Source of the DNA: an uncultured delta proteobacterium
GTDB taxonomy: Bacteria > Desulfobacterota > Desulfuromonadia > Desulfuromonadales > BM103
Assembly: GCA_963715335.1 (NCBI GenBank)
Contig: CAVQRZ010000001.1
Span: 224,001-288,000 of the forward strand
Direction of reading: 5' to 3'
DNA length: 64,000 bases
Shown here: piece after piece, positions 18,653 through 28,473 of the stretch
How the letters are laid out: every line of letters starts with the position of its first letter
Position numbering within the stretch: position 1 is the stretch's first letter
Notes under the pieces: model-generated
Told to the model about the DNA's origin: nothing
Databases searched by the model: none
The model's input: only the letters and a program-made list of their open reading frames with translations
Position numbers and translations under genes: made by a program

Positions 18653-18822
18653 TACTATTAAATGTGACCGTTTTTGTCAACTTTATTCTGCGCCCTTGTC
18701 ATTCCGGCTCAAATAGGTATAGATTGATCTGCATATGCACAGTATGCACGAAGATGGCCACACGTTAGTGGTCAACAAACCGGTTTGCAGCTGGTGCAGG
18801 GCAACCAGACAGGTTGAGCAGG

Positions 18823-20031
18823 ATGAAATCACTCAGAGAGCTTTACCGTATCGGCAACGGGCCATCGAGCAGTCACACCATTGCACCACGCATAGCCGCC
18901 GAAAAGTTTCGCGGACGACACCGTGGCACGACCGGGTTCCGCGTCACCCTCTTCGGCAGCCTGGCCGCTACCGGACGAGGACACTTGACCGATAAGGTTC
19001 TGGGTGAAGTCTTTGACGACGTCGCCTGGGAACTCATCTGGAAACCGGAGGAGAACCTTCCGCTGCATCCAAATGGCATGTATTTTGAGGCCTTGGCAGA
19101 TGACAACAGCGTAATAGACAAATGGGAAGTCTACAGTATCGGTGGCGGCGCGCTCCGTGAAGTCGGTGAACCAATTGACAGTACTGACATCTACGACCTG
19201 AACTGCATGGAAGCAATCCTGGCGCGATCGAAAGAAATCGGCGAATCGTGCTGGGAATATGTTGCCCGCTGTGAGAGTGATGAAATTTACCCCTTCCTCG
19301 AAGAGGTTTGGGAAACGATGTCAGCTTCCATTGAGCGCGGGCTGGATCATGTTGGCGTATTACCAGGAGGGTTGGGCGTAGAGCGCAAAGCCCAGGCGTT
19401 TAAACGTAAAGCCTCTCTCTATGGCCCTGACTTCAAACACAACGGTCTGCTCTGGGCTTACGCACTGGCCGTTTCCGAAGAAAATGCCGCGGGAGGGGTA
19501 ATTGTTACCGCACCAACTTGTGGCGCAAGCGGGGTTTTGCCGGCGGTTTTGCGTTATCTGTTTGAAAGCCTTGAGTGCCGTACCGAGGATATTCTACGCG
19601 CCTTGGCAACGGCCGGTCTGATCGGTAATCTGGTCAAGCACAACGCTTCCATTTCGGGCGCCGAGGTGGGTTGTCAGGGTGAAATTGGTACAGCCTGCGC
19701 CATGGCTGCGGCAGCCGCCACCCAAATTCACGGTGGCACAATCCGGCAAATTGAGTATGCTGCCGAGATGGGCCTCGAGCATCATCTTGGGCTGACGTGC
19801 GATCCGGTCAATGGCCTGGTACAGATCCCTTGCATCGAGCGCAATGCCCATGCTGCGACGAGGGCTTTGAGTTGCTGTCACTTTGCCCTGCTGTCTGGTG
19901 GAGACCACAAGATCACCTTTGATGAGATCACCAGAGTCATGAAGGAAACCGGTCAGGCCCTGCCTTCACTATACCGGGAAACCGCTGGAGGCGGCATTGC
20001 CCAGGTATACCGGCAGCGAGCTCAAGACTGA
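18823..20031 (+). CDS. sdaA: L-serine dehydratase, Fe-S dependent, single chain
   Basis: IGNGPSSSHT, GSLAATGRGHLTD, TAPTCGASG, ISGAEVGCQGE, HHLGLTCDPV, QIPCIERN. Confidence 0.95.
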   Translation: MKSLRELYRIGNGPSSSHTIAPRIAAEKFRGRHRGTTGFRVTLFGSLAATGRGHLTDKVLGEVFDDVAWELIWKPEENLPLHPNGMYFEALADDNSVIDKWEVYSIGGGALREVGEPIDSTDIYDLNCMEAILARSKEIGESCWEYVARCESDEIYPFLEEVWETMSASIERGLDHVGVLPGGLGVERKAQAFKRKASLYGPDFKHNGLLWAYALAVSEENAAGGVIVTAPTCGASGVLPAVLRYLFESLECRTEDILRALATAGLIGNLVKHNASISGAEVGCQGEIGTACAMAAAAATQIHGGTIRQIEYAAEMGLEHHLGLTCDPVNGLVQIPCIERNAHAATRALSCCHFALLSGGDHKITFDEITRVMKETGQALPSLYRETAGGGIAQVYRQRAQD

Positions 20032-20073
20032 TATCAATAGATCCACGATCTTTAACCACAAGGAGAACATGTC

Positions 20074-20394
20074 ATGCGAATTCTTAGCAGCACAGTTGCG
20101 TTGGCACTGCTGGCGACTCTCACTCTGCCATTCACCGGCTGCATGCCATCAGCGGGTCGGCCCTTCCCGGTACAGCAGGTTCGGCAGATAGAGATCGGCA
20201 CCACCACCAAGGCCGAGGTTCAGAAGATGTTCGGTGATCCCTGGCGCACCGGCATCGAGGACGGGTTCCGGACCTATACCTACGGTGAATACAGCATCAA
20301 GATGAGCCGCGACCTGGTCATCAGATTCGATAACAAGGACGTCGTCAAATCATACAGTTTCAGTTCTTCGTATCCCCAGGACGAGAACCTTTAG
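20074..20394 (+). CDS. SmpA/OmlA (BamE-like) lipoprotein
   Basis: Lipobox-like FTGC, IEIGTTTKAEVQKMFGDP, LVIRFD. Confidence 0.7.
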   Translation: MRILSSTVALALLATLTLPFTGCMPSAGRPFPVQQVRQIEIGTTTKAEVQKMFGDPWRTGIEDGFRTYTYGEYSIKMSRDLVIRFDNKDVVKSYSFSSSYPQDENL

Positions 20395-20451
20395 TCTCAA
20401 GCAGACCTCAGTCTTTTCATGTTTTGCTTTTGACTGGATTAGTGACCCGAC

Positions 20452-21087
20452 ATGGACATCGCCTCACTCACCACCTACCTGCTCGCCATCACCCTGCTGA
20501 CCTTAACTCCAGGGGTCGACACCATGCTGGTGATCCGCAACACCGCCCGTGGCGGCTGGCGCGATGGTGCTGTGAGCAGCCTCGGTATCTGTTCAGGCCT
20601 TTTTATTCATGCAGCGATTTCCGCCGTGGGCATCTCGGTTATCCTGCTTCAGGCGGCATGGGCCTTCAGTGCCTTGAAACTGGTTGGTGCCGGGTACCTG
20701 GTCTGGCTGGGATACTGCAGCTGGCGCAAGGTCATCAAAAAGGAGACCTTTGCCGTTGCAAACGGTGAAGCCTGCGCGGGGCATTGTTTTTTCTCGGGGC
20801 GATCACTTCGGGAAGGGTTCCTCTCGAATGTCCTCAATCCCAAGACGGCCGTCTTTTACATGGCTTTTCTGCCGCAGTTCATCAACCCGGCCCATTCAGC
20901 TTTGGCCCAGTCGTTGTTTCTCGCCGGGCTGCATTTCATTATCGCCATGATCTGGCAGTGCCTGCTGGCGCTGATGGTCAAACAAGCCAAAGGGTGGCTG
21001 CAGCGCCCACGGGTCAGCCAGGGGTTTGATGGGGTTACCGGGACGGTGATGATTGCGTTGGGGTTGCGGGTTGCGGCGGAAACTTAA
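20452..21087 (+). CDS. LysE/RhtB family exporter
   Basis: TPGVDT, LKLVGAGYL, GFLSNVLNPK...AFLPQF. Confidence 0.92.
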   Translation: MDIASLTTYLLAITLLTLTPGVDTMLVIRNTARGGWRDGAVSSLGICSGLFIHAAISAVGISVILLQAAWAFSALKLVGAGYLVWLGYCSWRKVIKKETFAVANGEACAGHCFFSGRSLREGFLSNVLNPKTAVFYMAFLPQFINPAHSALAQSLFLAGLHFIIAMIWQCLLALMVKQAKGWLQRPRVSQGFDGVTGTVMIALGLRVAAET

Positions 21088-21142
21088 AAATGGGTTGCAT
21101 GTGTTATCAGGCTTTTCCCTTGTAGATCACACGGCAAGGTCA

Positions 21143-21294
21143 GGCCCTTTGACACAGGGCCGGATCCCCATTTCAGCAGGTTCTTGAAGTCACAGACATC
21201 CGGCAAAAGAGATGCCCTCCGCAAGGAGAAGGCACTTTTGCATACTTTTGTTGCCGGACAAAAGTATGGCGTCGGGCGGGACGCGACCCGCCGG
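21143..21294. repeat. Multi-hairpin intergenic element (REP/MITE-like or structured RNA)
   Basis: catacttttgt/acaaaagtatg (21241-21268), ggcggg/cccgcc (21275-21292), ctcc-gcaa-ggag, ggccct/agggcc. Confidence 0.5.
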
Positions 21295-21333
21295 GTTTGC
21301 CTTTGATTCTGGTCTGAAATCGTTCAAGATATC

Positions 21334-22224
21334 CTACAGACACTCCCCTATCCCCTCAGCATAACTGATCGGCGCCAGTTCAAACGTCTGCGCCCACTCT
21401 CCCGGATCACAGACATTCCCCTCGACCAGCATCTGCAACTGGTCCTCGGTAATCGGGAATTGCTCAAAACCCTGCAGCATCTTGATCATCGGCTTGATCA
21501 TAAAGAGCGGCTGGTGCATTTTGGTCGCCTGTTCTCGGCCCATGGCCCGGGCAGTCAAATCAAGGATTGTATCGTAGGTGTAACTTTCGCTGCCGCCCTG
21601 GTGATAAGTCGCACCGACCGAGTTCGACATTTGCAGGGCCCTGACGAAGCTCTCTGCCACCTGGGCAACCGACACTGGCTGCATGCGGTATTGGCCGTCA
21701 CCGATCACGGGTACGACCGGTACTCGACGAATCAGCTCGGTCAGCATCTTGACGAATTCACTGCCGTGGCCGAAGATCAGCGAGGGGCGAAAGATTGTCC
21801 AGTCCAGCCCACTGTCACGAACCAGCTCCTCAGCCTGCCACTTGGTTCGATGATATACGGTACTACCGTTTTCACGTGTACCGTTAGAGCTCATGTGCAA
21901 TAAACGCCGTACCCCCTGTTCGGCACAGGCATCGAGAATGTTTTCCGTCGCGGTCACGTGCATTTTCTTGAAGGTAATGCCGCGTCCGGGGAACTCGCGG
22001 ATAATTCCGACCAGGTGAATCACCGCTTCACAACCATCCAGGGCGCCGACCAGACTGCCGGCATCGGTGACATCACCACTGTGAACCTCGACCCGCTCTC
22101 GTTCCGGGAGTTTGCTCTCTGAGCCTTCCCGCACCAGGACTCGCACCGCATGCCCCGCCTGCAACAGTTGCCTCAATATCTCTCGACCAACAAACCCGGT
22201 GCCACCGGTCACAAATACTTTCAT
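21334..22224 (-). CDS. NDUFA9-like NAD(P)-dependent SDR/epimerase
   Basis: VTGGTGFVG, HLVGII, YHRTK, WTIFRPS. Confidence 0.88.
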   Translation of the reverse strand: MKVFVTGGTGFVGREILRQLLQAGHAVRVLVREGSESKLPERERVEVHSGDVTDAGSLVGALDGCEAVIHLVGIIREFPGRGITFKKMHVTATENILDACAEQGVRRLLHMSSNGTRENGSTVYHRTKWQAEELVRDSGLDWTIFRPSLIFGHGSEFVKMLTELIRRVPVVPVIGDGQYRMQPVSVAQVAESFVRALQMSNSVGATYHQGGSESYTYDTILDLTARAMGREQATKMHQPLFMIKPMIKMLQGFEQFPITEDQLQMLVEGNVCDPGEWAQTFELAPISYAEGIGECL

Positions 22225-22270
22225 AATTTTGCCTTTTTAATTGCTTTTTCCCGCCGCGCGCTTCGCGTCT

Positions 22271-23713
22271 CTATCCTTTAATTACCGCCATCGGTTTCAA
22301 CCGGGCGACAATATGTCCGATGCCAGCCCGGTGCACCACATCCACAACCTCGGCAACGTCCTTGTAGGCATCCGGCATCTCCTCGGCGACCGTCGCGCGA
22401 CCGGCAGCCCGCACCAGGACTCCGCGTTCAGCCAGCTCCTTGATCAGGTCGTGGCCGCGCGCGGCCTTTTTCGCCGCTTGCCGTGACATCACCCGTCCTG
22501 CGCCATGACAGGTGGAACCGAAGGTTTCCTGATAGGCGCCGGCCGTACCGGTCAAAACGTAGGAGTAGCGCCCCATGTCGCCGGGGATCAGAACCGGTTG
22601 GCCGATCTGGCGGTATACCTCCGGAATCTCGGCGTGCCCTGGTGGGAACGCGCGGGTTGCCCCCTTGCGATGCACACAGAGGCGACGCTCTTTACCGTCA
22701 ACCTGGTGCTTCTCCCACTTGGCAATATTGTGGCAAACGTCGTAGATCACACCGAGCCGTAACTCGGCCGGCCCCTTGTGCAGGACCTGCGCAAAAGTTT
22801 CACGCACCCAGGCGGTAATCATCTGACGGTTGGCGAAAGCAAAGTTGGCAGCACAGGCCATCGCGGCCAGGTAGCTTTTGGCCTCGTCACTCTGCAGGGG
22901 AGCGCAGCAGAGCTGGCGGTCGGGCAGGGCGATGCCGTACTTGCGAGCGGCCTTGAGCATGATCTTGAGGTAATCGTCGCAGACCTGGTAGCCCAAACCC
23001 CGGCTGCCGGTGTGAATGCTGACCGTAACTTGCCCGGGATAGAGACCGAGGACCTCTGCAGCTCTCTCGTCGTAAATTTCCTCGACCTGCTGGATCTCGA
23101 GAAAGTGATTGCCGCTGCCAAGAGTCCCCAACTGGGCACGACCGCGTTCCAGGGCACGCTCTGAAACCATCTCCGGATCGGCACCGGCAATGACGCCCTG
23201 TCCCTCGATGCGGTCGAGGTCGCTGGCTTCGCCAAGGCCCTGTCCAACGGCCCAGGCAGCGCCCTTGACAAGGACTTTTTTTGCTTCGCCGACAGACAGC
23301 TTGAAGTCCCGGCGATGAGAACCGACTCCGGACGGGACATTACGAAACAGTTCGTCGGCAAGTTTAGCGAGGTGCGGTCTGATCGCGGCAGCGTCCAGGT
23401 TGCTGCGCAGCAGCCGCACACCACAGTTGATATCATAGCCAACACCACCCGGGGAAACGACTCCGTCATCAGCATCGAAGGCTGCCACCCCGCCGATCGG
23501 GAAGCCGTAGCCCCAGTGAATATCGGGCATCGCCAGCGACGGGCCGACGATACCGGGCAGAGTGGCGACGTTGCAGACCTGCTCAAGGGCCTGCTCCCGG
23601 CGCAGCTCCTGCATTAACTTCGCCGAGGTAAAGACCAGGCCATCGGTACGCATCGCCCCCTCGCGTGGAATCCGCCAGCGACAGGCGTCGATCTGCTGAA
23701 CCTTGATACTCAT
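22271..23713 (-). CDS. rtcB: RNA ligase RtcB (long, archaeal-like)
   Basis: MPDIHWGYGFPIG, GYDINCG, LGSGNHF, HTGSRG, HN, HRKGAT, PGDMG, HGAGR, AYK. Confidence 0.96.
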   Translation of the reverse strand: MSIKVQQIDACRWRIPREGAMRTDGLVFTSAKLMQELRREQALEQVCNVATLPGIVGPSLAMPDIHWGYGFPIGGVAAFDADDGVVSPGGVGYDINCGVRLLRSNLDAAAIRPHLAKLADELFRNVPSGVGSHRRDFKLSVGEAKKVLVKGAAWAVGQGLGEASDLDRIEGQGVIAGADPEMVSERALERGRAQLGTLGSGNHFLEIQQVEEIYDERAAEVLGLYPGQVTVSIHTGSRGLGYQVCDDYLKIMLKAARKYGIALPDRQLCCAPLQSDEAKSYLAAMACAANFAFANRQMITAWVRETFAQVLHKGPAELRLGVIYDVCHNIAKWEKHQVDGKERRLCVHRKGATRAFPPGHAEIPEVYRQIGQPVLIPGDMGRYSYVLTGTAGAYQETFGSTCHGAGRVMSRQAAKKAARGHDLIKELAERGVLVRAAGRATVAEEMPDAYKDVAEVVDVVHRAGIGHIVARLKPMAVIKG

Positions 23714-23722
23714 GCGCTATCC

Positions 23723-24133
23723 CTAAAGATCGACATAAACCATGGCACGCCAACCTTCCGGAACTTCTTCCAGGCAGGCCTGGTGATAGGTGACTGACTT
23801 GACCTGCCGTTCAACTGCGTGACGCAACGGGTTGAAAGGCTCTCCTGAAACAGTCGCCCTCAGATCTGTCGCGGTAAGCATGTCAATGCGGAACCTCGCC
23901 GGAACCAGATTGTCTTTTTCACTCCAGTAGGCAACCTCATTCAGCCAGCAGACCAGCAGTTCGGTCAGGTTTTCGGCGTGTGCCGTGATCTCCGCATCAA
24001 ACTTCGCCAAAGCAGGGCTCTCGCCAAACATCAGGGCTTTCAGTCCTTGCGCCATATCCTGCAGTACCATTGCGGGAGAATCCGCCCGCGCTTCGATCCC
24101 GATATCTGCGGTGTGTTCAATAAGTTTGTACAT
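23723..24133 (-). CDS. Archease
   Basis: EHTADIG, VKSVTYH, C-terminal VDL. Confidence 0.93.
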   Translation of the reverse strand: MYKLIEHTADIGIEARADSPAMVLQDMAQGLKALMFGESPALAKFDAEITAHAENLTELLVCWLNEVAYWSEKDNLVPARFRIDMLTATDLRATVSGEPFNPLRHAVERQVKSVTYHQACLEEVPEGWRAMVYVDL

Positions 24134-24458
24134 ATTTCATGCCCTTCACAATTGGCCTGTTAATTATAGCAGCAAGATTGAAATTAGCTGGTTGAAATAA
24201 TTTGTTGCAGATCTGGCACTTTTATAAAAATGAGATATATTTAATGACAATAAGTACGGGGATATACCGTAAAATACTTCCCCGCTGGCAGGATGAAAAA
24301 ATTTTCAGAAAGCCTATGTTTTTACTTGACAAAACGCTGTTCTAACCTCTATCAAGGGAGAAGTGTTTTTCTCAAACACGTCTTTGCCTTACATCATAAT
24401 ATATTGAATTTAATAGGTTTGCGTCTTTAGTCACAGACACCGATAAGGAGGTCGTTCC

Positions 24459-25574
24459 ATGAAAACTGACTTGGATGTCACCCCACGGATTCCCGAGGAG
24501 ATTCTCCAGCGCGTGGAGGCAAGAGGGATCAGCCGTCGCGCCTTTATCAAGTTCTGCACGGCAACAACCGCAGCCCTGGCATTGCCGATCACTATGCTGC
24601 CGCAAGTCGCCCGGGCCATCGAAGACAAGCGGCCGCCGGTCATTTGGGTCGAATATCAGAGCTGTTCCGGCGATTCGGAGGCTTTCCTGCGGGCCAACCA
24701 ACCGACCGCCGGCGAAATCATCCTGGATCTGCTATCGATCGAGTATGCAGAGGTAATCATGGCTGCCGCCGGACACCAGGCTGAAAAATCCAAGCATGAC
24801 GCCATGGAGAAATACAAGGGCCAATACATCCTGATCGTTGAAGGATCAATCCCAACGGGAGCAGCGGGCGGCTACTGCACAGTCGGTGGACAAAGTGCAG
24901 TGGAAGATTGCAAGAAGCTGGTGCAGAACGCCGCAGCCACGATCGCAGTTGGGTCATGTGCCACTTTCGGCGGCATCCCTGCCGCAGCGCCGAATCCGAC
25001 CAACGCCAAGTCTGTCAGTGAGATTGTCCCGGGGGCCACAATCGTCAACCTCCCCGGCTGCCCGGTCAATGCCGAGAACCTGACGGCAACCATCGTACAT
25101 TTCCTGACCTTTGGCAAACTGCCGGCGGTCGATCGTCTTGGCCGTCCCAAGTTTGCCTACGGCAAGCGCATTCATGACAACTGCGAACGCCGCGGCCATT
25201 TCGATGCCGGGCAGTACGCGGAAGCGTTTGGCGACCCCGGTCATCGCCAGGGCTATTGCCTGTACAAGCTTGGCTGCAAAGGACCGGAGACCTTCCACAA
25301 CTGCCCAACCATCCGTTACAACGAGGGCGTGTCCTGGCCGATTATGGCAGGCCACGGCTGCATCGGTTGTTCCGAGCCAGGGTTTTGGGACACCATGAGT
25401 CCCTTCTACCGACGCCTGCCCAAGGTTCCCGGTTTTGGCATAGAAGATACTGCTGACAAAATCGGTATCGGCCTGGCGGCGGCCACCGCAGTCGCATTCG
25501 GCATCCACGGGGTGGCGAGCTGCTTCCGCAAGGGTGATGCCATGGGTGAAGACAAGGTCATAAAGGAGGAATAA
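24459..25574 (+). CDS. hyaA: Group 1 [NiFe] hydrogenase small subunit (Tat signal, C-terminal anchor)
   Basis: SRRAFIK, CSGDSE, GSCATFGG, PGCP, HDNCERR, CLYKLGCKGP, GHGCIGC. Confidence 0.94.
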   Translation: MKTDLDVTPRIPEEILQRVEARGISRRAFIKFCTATTAALALPITMLPQVARAIEDKRPPVIWVEYQSCSGDSEAFLRANQPTAGEIILDLLSIEYAEVIMAAAGHQAEKSKHDAMEKYKGQYILIVEGSIPTGAAGGYCTVGGQSAVEDCKKLVQNAAATIAVGSCATFGGIPAAAPNPTNAKSVSEIVPGATIVNLPGCPVNAENLTATIVHFLTFGKLPAVDRLGRPKFAYGKRIHDNCERRGHFDAGQYAEAFGDPGHRQGYCLYKLGCKGPETFHNCPTIRYNEGVSWPIMAGHGCIGCSEPGFWDTMSPFYRRLPKVPGFGIEDTADKIGIGLAAATAVAFGIHGVASCFRKGDAMGEDKVIKEE

Positions 25575-25577
25575 ACG

Positions 25578-27290
25578 ATGGCTAAAAGAATTGCCGTTGA
25601 TCCAATTACCCGCATAGAAGGCCACCTGCGTATCGAAGCAATGATCGATGGTGGCAAGATCGTCGATGCCTGGAGTTCATCCACGGCTTTCCGCGGCATC
25701 GAGACGATCCTCAAGGGTCGTGACCCTCGTGATGCCCATCACTTCACCCAGCGGTTCTGCGGGGTCTGCACCACGGTGCACTCCATGGCCAGCATCCGCG
25801 CCGTGGAAGATGCCCTGAACATCCAGATCCCCGACAATGCCCGCCTGATCCGTAACCTGATCATGGGCATCCAGAACGTCCAGGACCACGTGATTCATTT
25901 CTATCACCTGCACGCCCTCGACTGGGTTGATATCGTCAGCGCTTTGTCTGCCGACCCGGCAGCCACGGCCAAGCTGGCGCAGTCGATCTCCAACTGGCCG
26001 AATTCGAGTGTGACTTATTTCAAGGGCGTCCAGGACAAGGTCGCCGCGTTTGCCGGCACCGGCCGACTCGGCCCCTTCCAGAATGCCTACTGGGGGCATA
26101 GCGCCTACAAGCTGCCGCCGGAAGCGAACCTGATGGCCGTTGCCCATTACCTTGAAGCCCTGGAGTGGCAGAAGGATGTTATCAAGATTCACGCCATCCT
26201 GGGCTCGAAGAACCCGCATCCGCAAACATTCCTGGTCGGCGGCATGTCGATACCGGTTGATCCTGACAGCCAGAATGCCATTAACGCCGACAAGATCGCC
26301 TATATCCGCAAGCTGCTGCGCAAGGCCCGTGCCTTCGTCGAACAGGTCTACATCCCAGACCTGCTGGCCGTCGCGCCTTTCTACCTCGACTGGGCCGGGA
26401 TCGGCGGCGGAGTTGGCAACTACCTCTCCTACGGCGACTTCCCGATGGACAACAGCCCCGGCACCGGCAGCCTGTTCTTCCCGCGTGGCGTCATCATGGG
26501 CAAAGATCTGGCCAATGTCATGGCGATGGATGAGAAGAAGATCTCCGAGTACGTCACCCACTCCTGGTACAACTACTCCAATGGTGACGACAAGGGGCTG
26601 CACCCCTACGAAGGTGAGACGAGCAACAACTACACCGGCCCCAAACCACCCTATGAGTTCCTCGATACCGACGGCAAGTACTCCTGGGTCAAGGCACCGC
26701 GCTACCTGGACCAGCCGATGGAAGTTGGCCCGCTGGCGCGGGTGCTGGTCGCCTACGCCTCTGGAGTCAAGGAAGTCGTCGACACGGTCAACTTCGTCCT
26801 CGGCCAGCTGAATGCACCTGCGTCCGCGCTCTTCTCGACGCTCGGCCGCACAGCCGCCCGCGGTATCGATGCCCTGCTGCTTGCGCAGAAGAACGAGCTC
26901 TGGCTTGACCAACTGGCTGACAACATGGGCCGCGGCATCCTCGACACCTTCAACAAGGAGAAATGGGATCCGTCCACCTGGCCGAAAGAAGCCCAGGGCT
27001 TCGGTTACCACGAGGCCCCGCGTGGCGCACTCGGTCATTTCATCCGCATCGAAAACCAGAAGATCGCCAACTTCCAGGCGGTAGTCCCCTCGACCTGGAA
27101 CGCCGGCCCGCGCGACGCAGCCGGACAGATGGGCCCCTACGAGTCGAGTCTGATCGGCACCCCGATTGCCGACCCGGAAAACCCGCTGGAAATCCTGCGG
27201 ACTATCCACTCCTTCGATCCCTGCCTGGCCTGCGCCGTGCACGTTATGGACGGCAAGGGGACGGAGATCGTCAAGGTTCGGGTCCTCTAA
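25578..27290 (+). CDS. hyaB: Group 1 [NiFe] hydrogenase large subunit
   Basis: DPITRIEGHL, QRFCGVCTTVH, SFDPCLACAVH plus cleavable tail. Confidence 0.96.
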   Translation: MAKRIAVDPITRIEGHLRIEAMIDGGKIVDAWSSSTAFRGIETILKGRDPRDAHHFTQRFCGVCTTVHSMASIRAVEDALNIQIPDNARLIRNLIMGIQNVQDHVIHFYHLHALDWVDIVSALSADPAATAKLAQSISNWPNSSVTYFKGVQDKVAAFAGTGRLGPFQNAYWGHSAYKLPPEANLMAVAHYLEALEWQKDVIKIHAILGSKNPHPQTFLVGGMSIPVDPDSQNAINADKIAYIRKLLRKARAFVEQVYIPDLLAVAPFYLDWAGIGGGVGNYLSYGDFPMDNSPGTGSLFFPRGVIMGKDLANVMAMDEKKISEYVTHSWYNYSNGDDKGLHPYEGETSNNYTGPKPPYEFLDTDGKYSWVKAPRYLDQPMEVGPLARVLVAYASGVKEVVDTVNFVLGQLNAPASALFSTLGRTAARGIDALLLAQKNELWLDQLADNMGRGILDTFNKEKWDPSTWPKEAQGFGYHEAPRGALGHFIRIENQKIANFQAVVPSTWNAGPRDAAGQMGPYESSLIGTPIADPENPLEILRTIHSFDPCLACAVHVMDGKGTEIVKVRVL

Positions 27291-27308
27291 AGGAAGGAGG
27301 CGCACACC

Positions 27309-27962
27309 ATGCTTGAAATACGTTACGTATGGCAATGGCCGGTTCGCATCTGCCACTGGGTCAACGTGATCTCCATGATCATGCTTTCGATCACCGGCTT
27401 TTACATCGGCAGCCCCTTCATGACGGCACCGGATTCGTCGATGTTTATCATGGGCTGGATGCGGTTTTTGCACTTCGCGTTCGCCTACCTGTTCACCGTC
27501 TCGGTGGCAGCCCGCATCATCTGGATGTTCATCGGCAACCACCATGCCTCATGGAAGGCGTTTTTCCCCTGGGTGACCCCCAAAGGAAGGTCCGAATTCA
27601 TCAAGATGTTCCGCTATTACACCTTCACCGGCAAAAAGATCTCCTACGAGGTTGGTCACAACCCGGTAGCGGCAACGGCTTATGTCGGCATCTTCGCCCT
27701 GTTTATCTTCCAGATTGTCTCGGGATTTGCCATGTACGGCCAATTCGCCCCCGGCGGATTCTGGGATGGCATCTTGGGCGGGCTCAACATACTGGTCGGC
27801 AATCAATGGATTCGGCTCCTGCACCACGGTGTCATGTGGCTGTTGGTCGGCTTTATCATCAACCACGTCTACAGCGGCTGGCTGATGGACGTGAAAGAAC
27901 GCAACGGCACCATGAGCGGCATCTTCAGTGGCTACCGTTTCATTGACCCGGAGGAACTTTAA
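27309..27962 (+). CDS. hyaC: Hydrogenase b-type cytochrome subunit
   Basis: VRICHW, RFLHF, GHNP, RLLHH...HVY. Confidence 0.93.
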   Translation: MLEIRYVWQWPVRICHWVNVISMIMLSITGFYIGSPFMTAPDSSMFIMGWMRFLHFAFAYLFTVSVAARIIWMFIGNHHASWKAFFPWVTPKGRSEFIKMFRYYTFTGKKISYEVGHNPVAATAYVGIFALFIFQIVSGFAMYGQFAPGGFWDGILGGLNILVGNQWIRLLHHGVMWLLVGFIINHVYSGWLMDVKERNGTMSGIFSGYRFIDPEEL

Positions 27963-28447
27963 TGTCAATCCTGGTCCTCGGACTGGGCAATTCGATTATG
28001 ACAGATGATGGTTTCGGGGTGAATGTGGTCAACGCGCTTTCATCCCGTTACCATTTTCACGGCAAGATCCGCCTGATTGACGGTGGCACTCTCGGTCTTG
28101 ACCTGCTGCCACATCTGGAAGAAGTGGAATCCCTTCTGATCATCGATGCCCTCGACATGCGCGACAAACCAGGCTCGATCTTCCGCCTGGAAGGCGAAGA
28201 GGTGCCTCGGGCATTCGCCAGCAAACTCTCGGTTCACCAGATGGGCCTGCAGGATCTGCTTGCAGTAGCTGAACTGCAGGGCCATGTACCAACCCGCCTG
28301 GTGGTCTGGGGTGTTCAGCCTGCAAGCATCGAGATGGGGACAGAACTGACCGCGATGGTCGCATCTGCGGTAGAACCGGTCATGCAAAAGGTGCTGGGGG
28401 AGCTGCAATCCTGGGATGTTGCATTCGAAGCGCGAGGCGGGCAGTGA
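27962..28447 (+). CDS. hyaD: Hydrogenase maturation protease
   Basis: GLGN...DDGFG, IDGGT, IIDA, SVHQ. Confidence 0.93.
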   Translation: MSILVLGLGNSIMTDDGFGVNVVNALSSRYHFHGKIRLIDGGTLGLDLLPHLEEVESLLIIDALDMRDKPGSIFRLEGEEVPRAFASKLSVHQMGLQDLLAVAELQGHVPTRLVVWGVQPASIEMGTELTAMVASAVEPVMQKVLGELQSWDVAFEARGGQ

Positions 28448-28473
28448 GAGGTGCGCGGCGGGCGGGCCGCCAG

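Noticed and set aside
24459..27290. O2-tolerant 6-Cys (group 1d) or [NiFeSe] hydrogenase
   Set aside because: Supernumerary cysteines are absent (CSGD, FGGI) and the C-terminal motif is DPCLAC with no in-frame TGA
25677..27545. Long antisense ORFs (also 42357-43397, 54166-55410, 31337-32338)
   Set aside because: Shadow frames of well-supported GC-rich genes with no recognisable motifs
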